From: Candidatus Marinacidobacterales bacterium
GTDB lineage: Bacteria > Acidobacteriota > Vicinamibacteria > Marinacidobacterales > DATDRI01
Assembly: GCA_965226495.1 (NCBI GenBank)
Contig: OZ245365.1
Span: 896,001-960,000, forward strand
DNA: 64,000 nucleotides
Reading direction: 5' to 3'
A program made the translations under genes and the position numbers. Numbering within the stretch: the stretch's first letter is position 1; every line of letters begins with the position of its first letter. Shown piece after piece: positions 51,630-61,628 of the stretch. The notes beneath the pieces were generated by a model, which ran no database searches, had not been told where the DNA came from, and saw nothing but the letters and a program-made list of their open reading frames with translations.

Positions 51630-54600
51630 ATGAAGGGACTGTGGAAAATCATTACGCATGTCTCGATGTTCGCCACCCCGCTTTGTCTGTTAACGAGCCT
51701 GCCTGCTGCAACCCATGCCCAGGATCCCGTGACCAAGAGTCATGTTGTCTACCACCCCGCTCTCTACCAGGCACTCAAGTACCGGATGATCGGACCGCAT
51801 CGAGGGTCTCGGGTCACCGCGGTAAGTGGTGTTGCCAGCCAGCGTGAAACCTTCTACATGGCTCCGACGGGTGGTGGGGTCTGGAAGACGATCGACGGTG
51901 GGGAAATATGGGAAAGCGTCTCAGACGGATATTTTGAGGCGGGGTCGATGGGAGCCATTACGGTGGCCGACTCTGACCCCAACGTAATCTACGTAGGCAC
52001 GGGCTCTGCTTGCATCCGCGGCAATGTGTCGCCGGGCATCGGGATGTACAAGTCGACGGATGCTGGCAAGAGTTGGAAGCATGTGGGGTTAGAAGATGCC
52101 GGGCAGATCGGCCGGATTCGAGTGCATCCAAACAATTCCGACCTGGTGTATGTGGCGGTGTTGGGGCATGCGTTTGGGCCGAACGAACAGCGGGGGGTGT
52201 TCCGTTCGAAGGATGGTGGGCGAACCTGGGAGAAAGTTCTTTATATCAGCGAGAAGACCGGGGCGATCGACCTTGCGATGGACACGAACAACCCGCGGGT
52301 GCTGTACGCCGCCATGTGGACCGGGGAGCGGAAGCCCTGGGCGATCCTCTCCGGCAGTGAGGAGGGTGGTCTCTACAAGACCACTGACGGGGGCGACACC
52401 TGGACCGAGCTGACAAACGGGTTACCGACGGGTATCACGGGAAGGATTGGGGTCACGGTTTCTCCGGCCCAATCAGAGCGAGTGTGGGCGCTCGTCGAAG
52501 CCGAGGAAGGTGGGGTATTCCGTTCCGACGATGCCGGCACCACGTTCCGCCGGGTCAACAAGGAGCGCGGTCTCCAGAGACGGCCCTGGTACTACATGCA
52601 CATCTTTGCCGACCCGAAGGACGAGAACACCGTCTACATTGCGACCCGGCACTTCGTCAAGTCGGTCGACGGAGGGAAAACGTTCGAGCCCATCAATGTT
52701 CCACACGGGGACCAGCATGATCTTTGGATCAATCCGCATGACCCGAACGTCATGATCGAGGCGAACGACGGTGGGGCTAACATCTCTTTCAACGGCGGCA
52801 AGAGCTGGTCGACGCAGCTGAACCAACCGACGGCGGAGATGTACCGAGTCACCGTTGACAACCAGTTTCCGTACCGGGTGTACGGTGCACAGCAGGACCA
52901 GTATGAGGCCATCTCGCTGCCGAGTCGCTCGGCAAATTTCGGCGCCAAACTCCAGCTGCAGTACTGGTATGGAGTGGGCGGCTTTGAGGGCGGACACGTT
53001 GCCGTACATCCCGACAACCCCAACATCGTCTATGGAGGGGGGCCCTCCGGAATTATCAGTAGGTACGACCGATCCACGGGCCAGATCCGCCAGATCAAGG
53101 GGTACCCGGAGGGCTGGTCGCGGGGAACGGCGGCGAAGAACCTGCGCTACCGGTTCCCGTGGAGCGCGCCCATCCGGCTCTCCCCGCACGACCCGAACAT
53201 CCTGTACCACACGTCGCAATATGTGCATAAATCCACCAACGGGGGCCAGAGCTGGGAGCTTATCAGCCGGGACTTAACCACCAACGACAAGGCCAAGCAG
53301 GACTACTCCACCGGCCCCATCACGCGGGGCGGAGGCAGCGCCGAGATCTACACCACCATTTTCGCCTTCGAGGAGTCGCCGAAAAAGCCTGGGTTACTTT
53401 GGGCCGGGAGCGACGACGGCCTGATGCACATCTCCCAGAACGGCGGTGCCAGCTGGGACAACGTCACGCCCGAGGGCCTGCCCGAGTGGGGCACCGTCAA
53501 TACGATCGACCTTTCGGCCCACGACCCGGGAAGGGCGTTTGTTGCGGTACACCGTTACCGTCTCGATGACTTCAAGCCGTATATCTTTCGCACCAACGAT
53601 TACGGCAAGAGCTGGAAGCTGCTCACCGACGGCAGCAACGGTATTCCCGCGAACCACTTCGTGCGGGTGGCTCGAGAGGACCCGGATCGAAAGGGCCTGC
53701 TGTACGCGGGCACGGAGTTCGGCATGTACATCTCCTTCGATGATGGGACGCACTGGCAGTCGTTCCAGCTCAACCTGCCGGTGACGCCGATCACCGATAT
53801 GGTGGTGCACCAGAAGGACCTGGTGATGTCGACCCAGGGGCGCTCGTTCTGGATCCTCGATGACTTGACGCCGTTGCACCAGATTACCGACCAGGTGGCC
53901 AAGTCTGAAGCCTACCTGTTCAAACCTCGCGATGCCTACCGGGTGAGGACCTCGGAGGAGGAGGCGGACCAAGCCTACGTTGCCGGGCGAGAGAATGTTA
54001 CTAACCCGAGGGATCCTATAGGGGGCGCGAGAATTGAACGGCATCGTATGGGTACGGAGGCTCCGGACGGGGCGATCATCTACTCCTACTTTGCCAAGAA
54101 GCCTGAGGAGGAGGTCACCGTGGAGATTCTGGACCTCAGTGGCAACGTAATCCGCAGCTTCTCCAGCAAGGACGAGCCCAAGGACAAGTCCGTGGTGGCA
54201 AGGCCGGAGCCGCCCTGGCTGAAGGACGAAAGCACCTATTCCAAAGCCGGGTTGAACCGCTTCGTGTGGGATCTGCGCTATTCCGGTGCGGAGGTGGTTG
54301 AAAATGGGACTCTCAGCAGGCTTACCCGAGATTTGGGTGCGCCCGAGACTATTGGACCCAAGGCAGTTCCCGGTACTTACCAGGTGAGGTTGGCGGCCGG
54401 TGAGTGGAGTCAGACGCAGAGTTTCGAGGTGCTGAAGGACCCGAGACTGGATACGACCCTCGCGGATTACCGGCAGCAATTCGACCTGCTCACCCAGATC
54501 CGCAACCAGATCGGCGAACTCCACCATGCGGTCAGCCAGATTCGGGACGTGCGTGAGCAGGTAAGCCAGCTGGTGGTGCGGTTAAAGAAGACTGCTCGAG

Positions 54601-54989
54601 CGGACGAGGTTGAGAAGGCAGGAAACGCCCTGATCGAGAAGCTCACAGCAATCGAGTGGGAACTGGTGCCGACCGAGGATGACTACCGGATGGATCGGCT
54701 CGACTTCCCGCCGAAGCTGCTCAACCGGTTTACATTCCTTTATAACTTCGTAGGTAGCGCGGACGCCAAGCCTACAGACGGTTCTCATGAACGCTTCGAG
54801 GACCTAAAGCCCGAGCTGGCGAAGCGTGTCGCGCGATTGCAGGAAGTCATCGAAACCGAACTGCCTGCGTTCAACACGCTGATTCTGCAGAGCGATGTGG
54901 CACCGGTTATCGTCACCGACCTGTCCCTTGAAGAAACTGAGTCCGCGAACGTTTTTCGGATGAAAGGGGGTTGCCAAGACCCTTCTTAG
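51630..54989 (+). CDS. Secreted Asp-box (BNR)/Vps10-sortilin-like beta-propeller protein
   Basis: Repeated S/TxDGGxT/SW boxes (KSTDAGKSW, RSKDGGRTW, KTTDGGDTW and others); GLNRFVWDLRY, PGTYQVRL; signal peptide; AGGAGG RBS. Confidence 0.85.
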   Translation: MKGLWKIITHVSMFATPLCLLTSLPAATHAQDPVTKSHVVYHPALYQALKYRMIGPHRGSRVTAVSGVASQRETFYMAPTGGGVWKTIDGGEIWESVSDGYFEAGSMGAITVADSDPNVIYVGTGSACIRGNVSPGIGMYKSTDAGKSWKHVGLEDAGQIGRIRVHPNNSDLVYVAVLGHAFGPNEQRGVFRSKDGGRTWEKVLYISEKTGAIDLAMDTNNPRVLYAAMWTGERKPWAILSGSEEGGLYKTTDGGDTWTELTNGLPTGITGRIGVTVSPAQSERVWALVEAEEGGVFRSDDAGTTFRRVNKERGLQRRPWYYMHIFADPKDENTVYIATRHFVKSVDGGKTFEPINVPHGDQHDLWINPHDPNVMIEANDGGANISFNGGKSWSTQLNQPTAEMYRVTVDNQFPYRVYGAQQDQYEAISLPSRSANFGAKLQLQYWYGVGGFEGGHVAVHPDNPNIVYGGGPSGIISRYDRSTGQIRQIKGYPEGWSRGTAAKNLRYRFPWSAPIRLSPHDPNILYHTSQYVHKSTNGGQSWELISRDLTTNDKAKQDYSTGPITRGGGSAEIYTTIFAFEESPKKPGLLWAGSDDGLMHISQNGGASWDNVTPEGLPEWGTVNTIDLSAHDPGRAFVAVHRYRLDDFKPYIFRTNDYGKSWKLLTDGSNGIPANHFVRVAREDPDRKGLLYAGTEFGMYISFDDGTHWQSFQLNLPVTPITDMVVHQKDLVMSTQGRSFWILDDLTPLHQITDQVAKSEAYLFKPRDAYRVRTSEEEADQAYVAGRENVTNPRDPIGGARIERHRMGTEAPDGAIIYSYFAKKPEEEVTVEILDLSGNVIRSFSSKDEPKDKSVVARPEPPWLKDESTYSKAGLNRFVWDLRYSGAEVVENGTLSRLTRDLGAPETIGPKAVPGTYQVRLAAGEWSQTQSFEVLKDPRLDTTLADYRQQFDLLTQIRNQIGELHHAVSQIRDVREQVSQLVVRLKKTARADEVEKAGNALIEKLTAIEWELVPTEDDYRMDRLDFPPKLLNRFTFLYNFVGSADAKPTDGSHERFEDLKPELAKRVARLQEVIETELPAFNTLILQSDVAPVIVTDLSLEETESANVFRMKGGCQDPS

Positions 54990-55030
54990 GAAGTATAGGA
55001 AATTTCAAGCCCGCCCGGCGAGTGGAAGCG

Positions 55031-57088
55031 TCACTCCGTCGAATCCGTGTGCACACGATTGTGCTTGGCCAGGAAGGCAGCCGTCCGGACGTATACGTCG
55101 CGGAACGAACCGGTGTGGCTGAACCCGTGACCCTCCCCGACGTAGGCGACGTACTGCACGGTCTTGCCCGCCTTGCGCATGGCCTCGTAGAGCGACTCCC
55201 CCTGCTCCGGGACGACGCCGGGGTCGTCCTGTCCCTGGAGGATGAGCAACGGGGAGCGGGCCTGGGCCACGAAGCGGATCGGTGCCGCCCGATGCCAGAG
55301 CTCCGGGTTCTCTGCCGGGTCGCCGAGTTTGGCCAGGACGCGGACGTTGTAGAGCTTCCTATCGGGCTGCTTGAGCATGAGCTCCCAGTCCGAGACGCCA
55401 AACTCAGAGATCCCCGCGCTGCAGACCTCCGGAGCCTTGGTGATCGCCAACATCGTCATATAGCCCCCGTAGCTGCCCCCCCAACAGGCGATCCGCTCGG
55501 GATCCACGCCCACCTCTTTCTCAAGGAACTCGGCGCCCGCCACCACGTCGTCCAGCTCGCCCCCGGCGTAGTCCCGATAGTTGGCCCGCTCGAACTCGGT
55601 GCCGTAGCCGATGTGGGTGCCCCGCCAGTTGATGGAAAGCACGGTGTAGCCCTGCTGCACTAGGTACTGGTGAAAGGTGTAGTAGCGCAGCCCTCCCCAG
55701 CCCTTCAGGTTGATGCCGCCCTTGCCGTGGAAGAACAGCAGTCCGGGGCCCGACGGGAGGCTCTCCCGTGGTCGTAGGAGGATGGCCGGGACCTGGGTGC
55801 CGTCGCGGCTGGGATAGCGGACCGCCTCGGGCTCGACGAAGCCCGCGGTGATGACGGGATCGGGCCTGGATTCGGTCAGACGAAGCACGGGAGCTCCCGG
55901 GGCCGCTTCCTGGACCACCACCTCCGGCGGCTCGGTGGCGCTGGATCGTCGGTAGGCCAGCCGGCTACCATCCGGCGACCACGCCGGATCGGTGCAGAAA
56001 CCATCGGGTGAGACCCGCACCGGCTCGTCTCCGGAGGCGTCCACCACCCAGACATGTCGCTCTTCCACGTCGCCGGCACGACTGCCGATGAACACGATCC
56101 GATCGTCGGTGGGGGACCACCGGGGGCTGTAGTCGACGTACGGTCCGGTGGTGATCTCCACCGGATCGCCTCCCGCGACGGGTGCGATCCAAAGGTGGTT
56201 GTAACCGGTGCGGCTTGCGAGATACACGATGCGCGTTCCGTCGGGGGAGAAGTGGTGGTTGCCGTCGAAGCGGAACTCCTCCACACCCCGCTCGTAGGTT
56301 TCGGTGACCAGTTGCCTTTGCTCCGAGCCGTCGAGGTTGCTGATCCATATCTCGTAGCCCTTCCAGTCTTCGAATCGCCGGATGAAGGCCAGGCGATCCG
56401 ACGAGGGCGACCAGATAGGAGAGTCCTCATCCCGCGCCGTCTCTGCGATCATCTTCACCTCGCCTCCCGAGGCGGGCACGATACCGACGTCCGTCTGATG
56501 GCCGAACCCAGCCGGCGAGCCGGGTCGAGACAGCGCGTCCTCGCGCTGAACGAAGAAGGCGATGTGGCTCCCGTCTGGCGACCAGTTGAGGACCATGCCC
56601 CTCGGGGCGTAACTGCCCTCCTCGGTGGTCAGACGGACCGGCTGGCCGCCTTCCAGGGGAATCTTCCAGATGTGATCCTTCGAGACGTACGCGAGGTGCC
56701 GCCCATCCGGAGAAATCGTGGTAACGGCCCGGTCCACGAGGGGCGAAAGTTGCCTCAGGGTTGGCACTCCTGGCTGCCCGGGTTCGGCGGCTGCGGCGTC
56801 GGCGGCCCACAGCTCTTTTTCGCCTCCCTGGCTCCAGGAAAAGGCCACCTCCCGGCCACCGGGCAACCAGGAGGGCGAACCCGTATCCCGGATCTCGAGG
56901 ATCTCCTCGATGGTGATGTTGCGTGGCGCACTCGGCCCATCGGTGGCGCAGGCGCAGACCACCCCGGCAAGGGCCCCCACGAGCAGCATGGGCCCGAGAC
57001 CAGAGCGTGGCCGCCCCCACCCACTTTCGGCTCCGGCTCGGCCATCGGGGGGGCAGGGGTTCACGCGATCGATGTTCCGTACCAGCAT
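55031..57088 (-). CDS. S9-family serine peptidase with WD40-like (PD40) repeats
   Basis: WSPDG repeats; catalytic triad motifs GGSYGG, QGQDD, GEGHGF; possible lipoprotein signal VVCAC; starts 28 bp after paralog C. Confidence 0.9.
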   Translation of the reverse strand: MLVRNIDRVNPCPPDGRAGAESGWGRPRSGLGPMLLVGALAGVVCACATDGPSAPRNITIEEILEIRDTGSPSWLPGGREVAFSWSQGGEKELWAADAAAAEPGQPGVPTLRQLSPLVDRAVTTISPDGRHLAYVSKDHIWKIPLEGGQPVRLTTEEGSYAPRGMVLNWSPDGSHIAFFVQREDALSRPGSPAGFGHQTDVGIVPASGGEVKMIAETARDEDSPIWSPSSDRLAFIRRFEDWKGYEIWISNLDGSEQRQLVTETYERGVEEFRFDGNHHFSPDGTRIVYLASRTGYNHLWIAPVAGGDPVEITTGPYVDYSPRWSPTDDRIVFIGSRAGDVEERHVWVVDASGDEPVRVSPDGFCTDPAWSPDGSRLAYRRSSATEPPEVVVQEAAPGAPVLRLTESRPDPVITAGFVEPEAVRYPSRDGTQVPAILLRPRESLPSGPGLLFFHGKGGINLKGWGGLRYYTFHQYLVQQGYTVLSINWRGTHIGYGTEFERANYRDYAGGELDDVVAGAEFLEKEVGVDPERIACWGGSYGGYMTMLAITKAPEVCSAGISEFGVSDWELMLKQPDRKLYNVRVLAKLGDPAENPELWHRAAPIRFVAQARSPLLILQGQDDPGVVPEQGESLYEAMRKAGKTVQYVAYVGEGHGFSHTGSFRDVYVRTAAFLAKHNRVHTDSTE

Positions 57089-57115
57089 CTGAAGCCTCCT
57101 CCTCGGTGCGCCTCC

Positions 57116-60100
57116 TTATGGGCGATCGCTCGTCGTGGGCGACGGCTCCTCCTTTTTCTCTGGCGGTCGTGCGCGATGCATGCTGAAGTGGACACCGCGG
57201 AAGAAGATTTTGCTTTTTCGCTCGACTACGTGGTTACCCTCCACGAGGTAGTCGAGGTTGGCCCGGTCGAACTGGAAGCCCGCGGTGGCCACGACCTTCA
57301 GCCAATCGCCGTAGGCGGTCTCGTCAGGACCCTCGGTGCCACCCCGATAGATGGTGACCTTGGGGTTCTTGCTCATGAAGTCGTTGCCCTCGCCGGCTTT
57401 CTCACCCTTGATGGCGGTGTAGGCGAGCACGCCGTTGGTGAAGTCGAGCCTGAAGCTTTCGGGGTCGAACGCGACGCCCCAGCGGCGGTAGCGGTCGTAG
57501 GCTCGCCGGTTCATGGCCATCACCTCCGGCTCGGCGCTGATGTACTGGGTGACCTTCTCGCGGATCTCGAAGGCCGCCTCCTTGTGTCGGGGGTACTCCG
57601 GGTCCTCGAGGTAGCGGATGCTGGCGTACCAGCCTCGCGTCGCCCACCAGTCGTGGGACTCGGTCGTTCGTTTGCGAACCCATGCCGCGTACTCGGAGAA
57701 CATCTGGACCCATTCGTGGTGGGGGTAGCCGTGCGGGCTGAGGTAGATATCGGGGAGCCACTTCCTCCAGAGTTTCGGGCGATTGTGGGACTCTGGGTAG
57801 ATAGGATCGGGATCCCAGTGGGACTCCTGCACCCCCACGCCCAGGGCCCCCAAGTACCCGGCGTGGAGCATGTATTCGGGGGTGATCTCGTAGAGATCGT
57901 AGGCGAGCTGCGCACCGTCCGGGTTGGTGATGGGATGGACCACTACGTTGGCCTTGTTGAGCTTCTGGCGGAACTGCTCGTCGGTGAGCAGACGCTCGGT
58001 GAGCTTCAGCACGTGGCTGGTGGAGGAGATCTCGTTGGCGTGCTCCCGCGCGGAGTAAATGATAGTGGGCTTGAGCGTGGTCGCCTTCGCGTGAGACCAG
58101 TGGGAGGCCTCTATCGGCGGCATCAGATCCATCGCCCAGATTTCCTTGCCTAAATAACTCTCGCCGAGCTTGTAGACGGTCGTCTCGGGGAAGGTGGACA
58201 TCTTGGCGAGGATTTCGAACGCTTCGTCGGGAGGGATGGGAGTGTCCCACTGCACGAGGGTCTGGCCGTTGTATTGCCAACCTGCGGGCAGGCGCTCGGT
58301 GATGTCGGGGAATGATGGGGGAGCGCCGTTGCTTCCGAGTGACGCCACCGCCTGAGTTGCCGGGTCCACCTCGTACTCCCACCCGGCGGTGATTTTGAGC
58401 TCGCCTAAGTCGTGGTACGCGAGAGTGTCACGATAGAGACCAGCCTGCCGCAGCCGGGACAGGTTCTCCACCAGTGCCGTGATTTGCTGGGCGGACATGA
58501 TCCGTCGGTCCACCTCTTCAACACGCGCTCGCGTCAGGAGCTCGGTGCGCTGATCCGTTTCGGTATCCACCTTCACCCGCAGTTCCAGGCGCTCGATCCC
58601 GTCGAGTCCGTCTCGTACGGTTGCCGCCAGGGCCTGGGGGCGTTCCAGATCCACGCGCCGTATGTCCCGGCGCACCTTGCCTTGCCCGCCCCCTCGCTCC
58701 GTGTACTCCACCACCACCGCCGGACGAGGGGAGGCGAAGCCGCTGAAAGAGATCTTCGCCCGTCCCGCCTTGCCGTCTCCCTTGGGACGCATGATGGGGA
58801 TCACCCGGCCCGGAAAGCGCAGCTTGTCGCCCTGGGCGAATTGGCCCAGCACGTCGAAGAAATGCAGGGTGGTGAAGTAGAGATCCTCGTGCATCGACTC
58901 CATGGAAGCGATGAGCTCCCGGTCGACGCCCAGCAAGTAATTGGGCTCGCTGAGGGTCAAGTCCACGACGAGTTTCCCGAAGTGGGGTGCGTCCTCCGCC
59001 CGGGGGTTGCCCTCGGTAAGCTCCATCACGTAGTCGTACATCCCTTGCAGGGTCTTTTCCTGATAGTGGTCCCAGAAGCGCTCGACGTCGGTGATGATCC
59101 TACGGTCCACAACCGTATCGCCGCCCACCCGGGCGTTGAGCCATCCGGTGGTTACCCGGACCTTCTCGTAATCGGGAAGGGGATCGAAATACGACCTCAA
59201 CACGTACTTAGGCTCGAAGGTCTGCCGGAGCAACTCGCGGCCGTCGGGCGCCGTGGCGATGGCCTCGTACGTCGGTGCACCGATCGGCATCATCTCGAAG
59301 CCGATCTGATCCAACTCGAGGCCCAGCTCCCGAGCCAGCACCTCGTCGATGGGGTAGGTCTCCATCAGCCAGCGACTCTTGGCGTACATGGCCTGCTGCT
59401 TCCACTCCGGCGGCGGGCCGTTCTCCGCAAAGCGGATGGTCAGCTTACCCACCTTCTGGCCTTTGAGCTCCGGGCCTACTACGTCGTGCAGCCAGCTGTA
59501 GCCTTGTTTGTAGGCCGAAAGCACAGTGACGTTGGTGCCCGATTCCGCCGCGCCCGCGGCGATCAGCTCCGCCCTTGCCTTTCCTTCGATCTCCGTCCGG
59601 ACTTCCGGCGGCTCGCTCAGGCGCGCCTCTATCACCACGGGCTGCCCACTCCGGACTTCCGGCACAACCTCCAAGCGAAAGATCTCCCAGAACTCCGCAA
59701 CCTCCGAGGCAACGTCGAACTCTTCTTCGAAGAGGATCGCGGCGTTCTCTACGTCCCGGTTATCGATGCTTACCTCGAGGGAGCCGGCACCCAGGGCTTC
59801 CGCATGCTCCCGCACGATCCCCTCCAGTCCGTCCGCCGGCTTCTCCACCGAAACCAGAACGCGCGCGGACTCCAGGTCTTTTCCGGACAACTCCTGAACG
59901 AGGCTATCCAGTTTGTACAGGGCGGTGGCCGCCTGCCCGGCGGGGGAGCGACCCGAAAGGAACCGGTACAGGTTCTCCTCGACGCCCTCGATGGTCGTGC
60001 GATCCTTGCCGCGCTCCCAGACATTGGGAAACCGCTCGGCAATTTGCCGAAGCGCCCGGGCGACACCGGCCCCGTCACCTCCTGTGATCACCACCGCACT

Positions 60101-61357
60101 CTTGTCCTTGAACGCTTTGGGTACCACTTGGATGAGACCCTGGCCCGGCTCGAGGGAAGGCAGCTGTAGCTTTCCCTTCTGCTCCAGTTGCTGCACGAGA
60201 GGATGGTCGGTGCCGATGAGCACCAGCGACGGCGCCGCTTCCGGATCCTCGATGGCCTCCGGCGCGCGGGCTATGGGGATCTGGACTCCGGCCGACTCCA
60301 GCCCGATGCGGGCGGCAAGATCCACCGTCCCCTCGATCCCCTGGCCAAAGGGACTGAGGAGCACGTCGATCCGGTCGGGGATCAGGTTCTCGTCCGAATC
60401 GCCGAGGAAGCCATCGTTGGTGTAAATACTAGAAAGATCCAACTTTACCTTTGCCTTAGAGCCTGGCCGCGGAGGGATCGGCCCTGCCTTGGGGACGGAA
60501 TTCACTTTTGGCACCTCCACCTCCGCCGCGTCGGCCCCTTGTGCCAAGAGCGCCACACGCAGCACGCGCGCACCCGGGTAGGAGAGAGGCGCCTCGGCGC
60601 CGCTTGCTAAGCCACGACGCGCCCCGACCAGCTCCTCGAGGGCTCCTCGAGCGCGGCTGAGGTCAGACGCCGAGCCTAGCTGCACCTTCACCTCCAGGAG
60701 CCGAAACCCCTGCTCGCCTGCTTTCACACGAAGGCCGGCCACCTCGGAGCCTTGCGCCCGAACCCCGTGCTCGACCAAGAAAGCCTCCACGTCCTGAGTT
60801 ACGTCCTTCAGCTCCGGGCCCTTTGGATCCCACACATGGGGAAGGCGTTGTGCGAACGCGTCCGCCGCCGCCCGGGTGCCGGCATCGTCGGAGCCTGCCA
60901 CCACGACCCAGCGGGGCCCGCTTCCGGAGACCATCCGGACCACGCCCTCGCCAGGCGAAAGGCCCTGAAGCCCGGCATCGGCGGCACGGAGGCCAGCCCG
61001 TGCCACGGCCCCTTTACCAATGAGGATTCCGGTGGTGGCAGCCCCGGGCTCCGAAGCCACCGGCACGTTCATGGCCATGGTTTCGTGGCCCATTCGAGCC
61101 GCGATATCGGCCGCGGCGGCGACTTCCTGAGGCGTCGGCGCCTCACCCAAAACGATGGCCGCCTCGACGAAATCGACTACCTCATCGCCATTTCGATCCT
61201 GCAGGATGGCTCCCGTCGAAAAAATCCCCTCGAGGCCGGTATCGGACTCTTGCGGCGTCGTCTGCGACACCGGCACGGCGGCACCCGACACTGCCAGAAG
61301 GATTATCACGACCAACAACGTGGCCCCTCGGGGCACTCGATACTCTGCCTGTCTCAT
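57116..61357 (-). CDS. Giant secreted M14-family metallopeptidase-like protein, paralog C
   Basis: AAGGAG RBS, signal peptide; REHANE, TNPDG, SPHGYP, TEGPDE. Confidence 0.8.
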   Translation of the reverse strand: MRQAEYRVPRGATLLVVIILLAVSGAAVPVSQTTPQESDTGLEGIFSTGAILQDRNGDEVVDFVEAAIVLGEAPTPQEVAAAADIAARMGHETMAMNVPVASEPGAATTGILIGKGAVARAGLRAADAGLQGLSPGEGVVRMVSGSGPRWVVVAGSDDAGTRAAADAFAQRLPHVWDPKGPELKDVTQDVEAFLVEHGVRAQGSEVAGLRVKAGEQGFRLLEVKVQLGSASDLSRARGALEELVGARRGLASGAEAPLSYPGARVLRVALLAQGADAAEVEVPKVNSVPKAGPIPPRPGSKAKVKLDLSSIYTNDGFLGDSDENLIPDRIDVLLSPFGQGIEGTVDLAARIGLESAGVQIPIARAPEAIEDPEAAPSLVLIGTDHPLVQQLEQKGKLQLPSLEPGQGLIQVVPKAFKDKSAVVITGGDGAGVARALRQIAERFPNVWERGKDRTTIEGVEENLYRFLSGRSPAGQAATALYKLDSLVQELSGKDLESARVLVSVEKPADGLEGIVREHAEALGAGSLEVSIDNRDVENAAILFEEEFDVASEVAEFWEIFRLEVVPEVRSGQPVVIEARLSEPPEVRTEIEGKARAELIAAGAAESGTNVTVLSAYKQGYSWLHDVVGPELKGQKVGKLTIRFAENGPPPEWKQQAMYAKSRWLMETYPIDEVLARELGLELDQIGFEMMPIGAPTYEAIATAPDGRELLRQTFEPKYVLRSYFDPLPDYEKVRVTTGWLNARVGGDTVVDRRIITDVERFWDHYQEKTLQGMYDYVMELTEGNPRAEDAPHFGKLVVDLTLSEPNYLLGVDRELIASMESMHEDLYFTTLHFFDVLGQFAQGDKLRFPGRVIPIMRPKGDGKAGRAKISFSGFASPRPAVVVEYTERGGGQGKVRRDIRRVDLERPQALAATVRDGLDGIERLELRVKVDTETDQRTELLTRARVEEVDRRIMSAQQITALVENLSRLRQAGLYRDTLAYHDLGELKITAGWEYEVDPATQAVASLGSNGAPPSFPDITERLPAGWQYNGQTLVQWDTPIPPDEAFEILAKMSTFPETTVYKLGESYLGKEIWAMDLMPPIEASHWSHAKATTLKPTIIYSAREHANEISSTSHVLKLTERLLTDEQFRQKLNKANVVVHPITNPDGAQLAYDLYEITPEYMLHAGYLGALGVGVQESHWDPDPIYPESHNRPKLWRKWLPDIYLSPHGYPHHEWVQMFSEYAAWVRKRTTESHDWWATRGWYASIRYLEDPEYPRHKEAAFEIREKVTQYISAEPEVMAMNRRAYDRYRRWGVAFDPESFRLDFTNGVLAYTAIKGEKAGEGNDFMSKNPKVTIYRGGTEGPDETAYGDWLKVVATAGFQFDRANLDYLVEGNHVVERKSKIFFRGVHFSMHRARPPEKKEEPSPTTSDRP

Positions 61358-61628
61358 GGTTCTCTCCTTAACTCCCCCCAACAAACAACCGGGAGTACGT
61401 CGGATCCGACATCAAGAATTTTGTCTCCGTTGAATTGTCCTGGCGGTGGAACGGGCGCTTTGGCCTCTGGAGGACCCGAGTCTACCACGTCCAACACCTC
61501 CAAATCCCGAAAGAACGCCGCCGCATTCGACAGCGTCGACTGGAAGGCTACATCGAGGTATAAGGAGTTTCCTTCGGTTTAGGATCGGGCGGGCTAGCTT
61601 CTTTTGTCTTATGTCCAAGGAGGTTCGA

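Noticed and set aside
56054-60169. Long plus-strand ORFs (56054-58153, 699 aa; 58412-60169, 585 aa)
   Set aside because: They are antisense shadows of the S9 and M14-C genes, expected in high-GC DNA, and contain no recognisable motifs. The same applies to most short overlapping ORFs in the track.
61399-61410. Perfect palindrome GTCGGATCCGAC between divergent M14-C and GGT genes
   Set aside because: It could be an operator, but I found no convincing second copy upstream of the other paralogs and no cognate regulator in the window.
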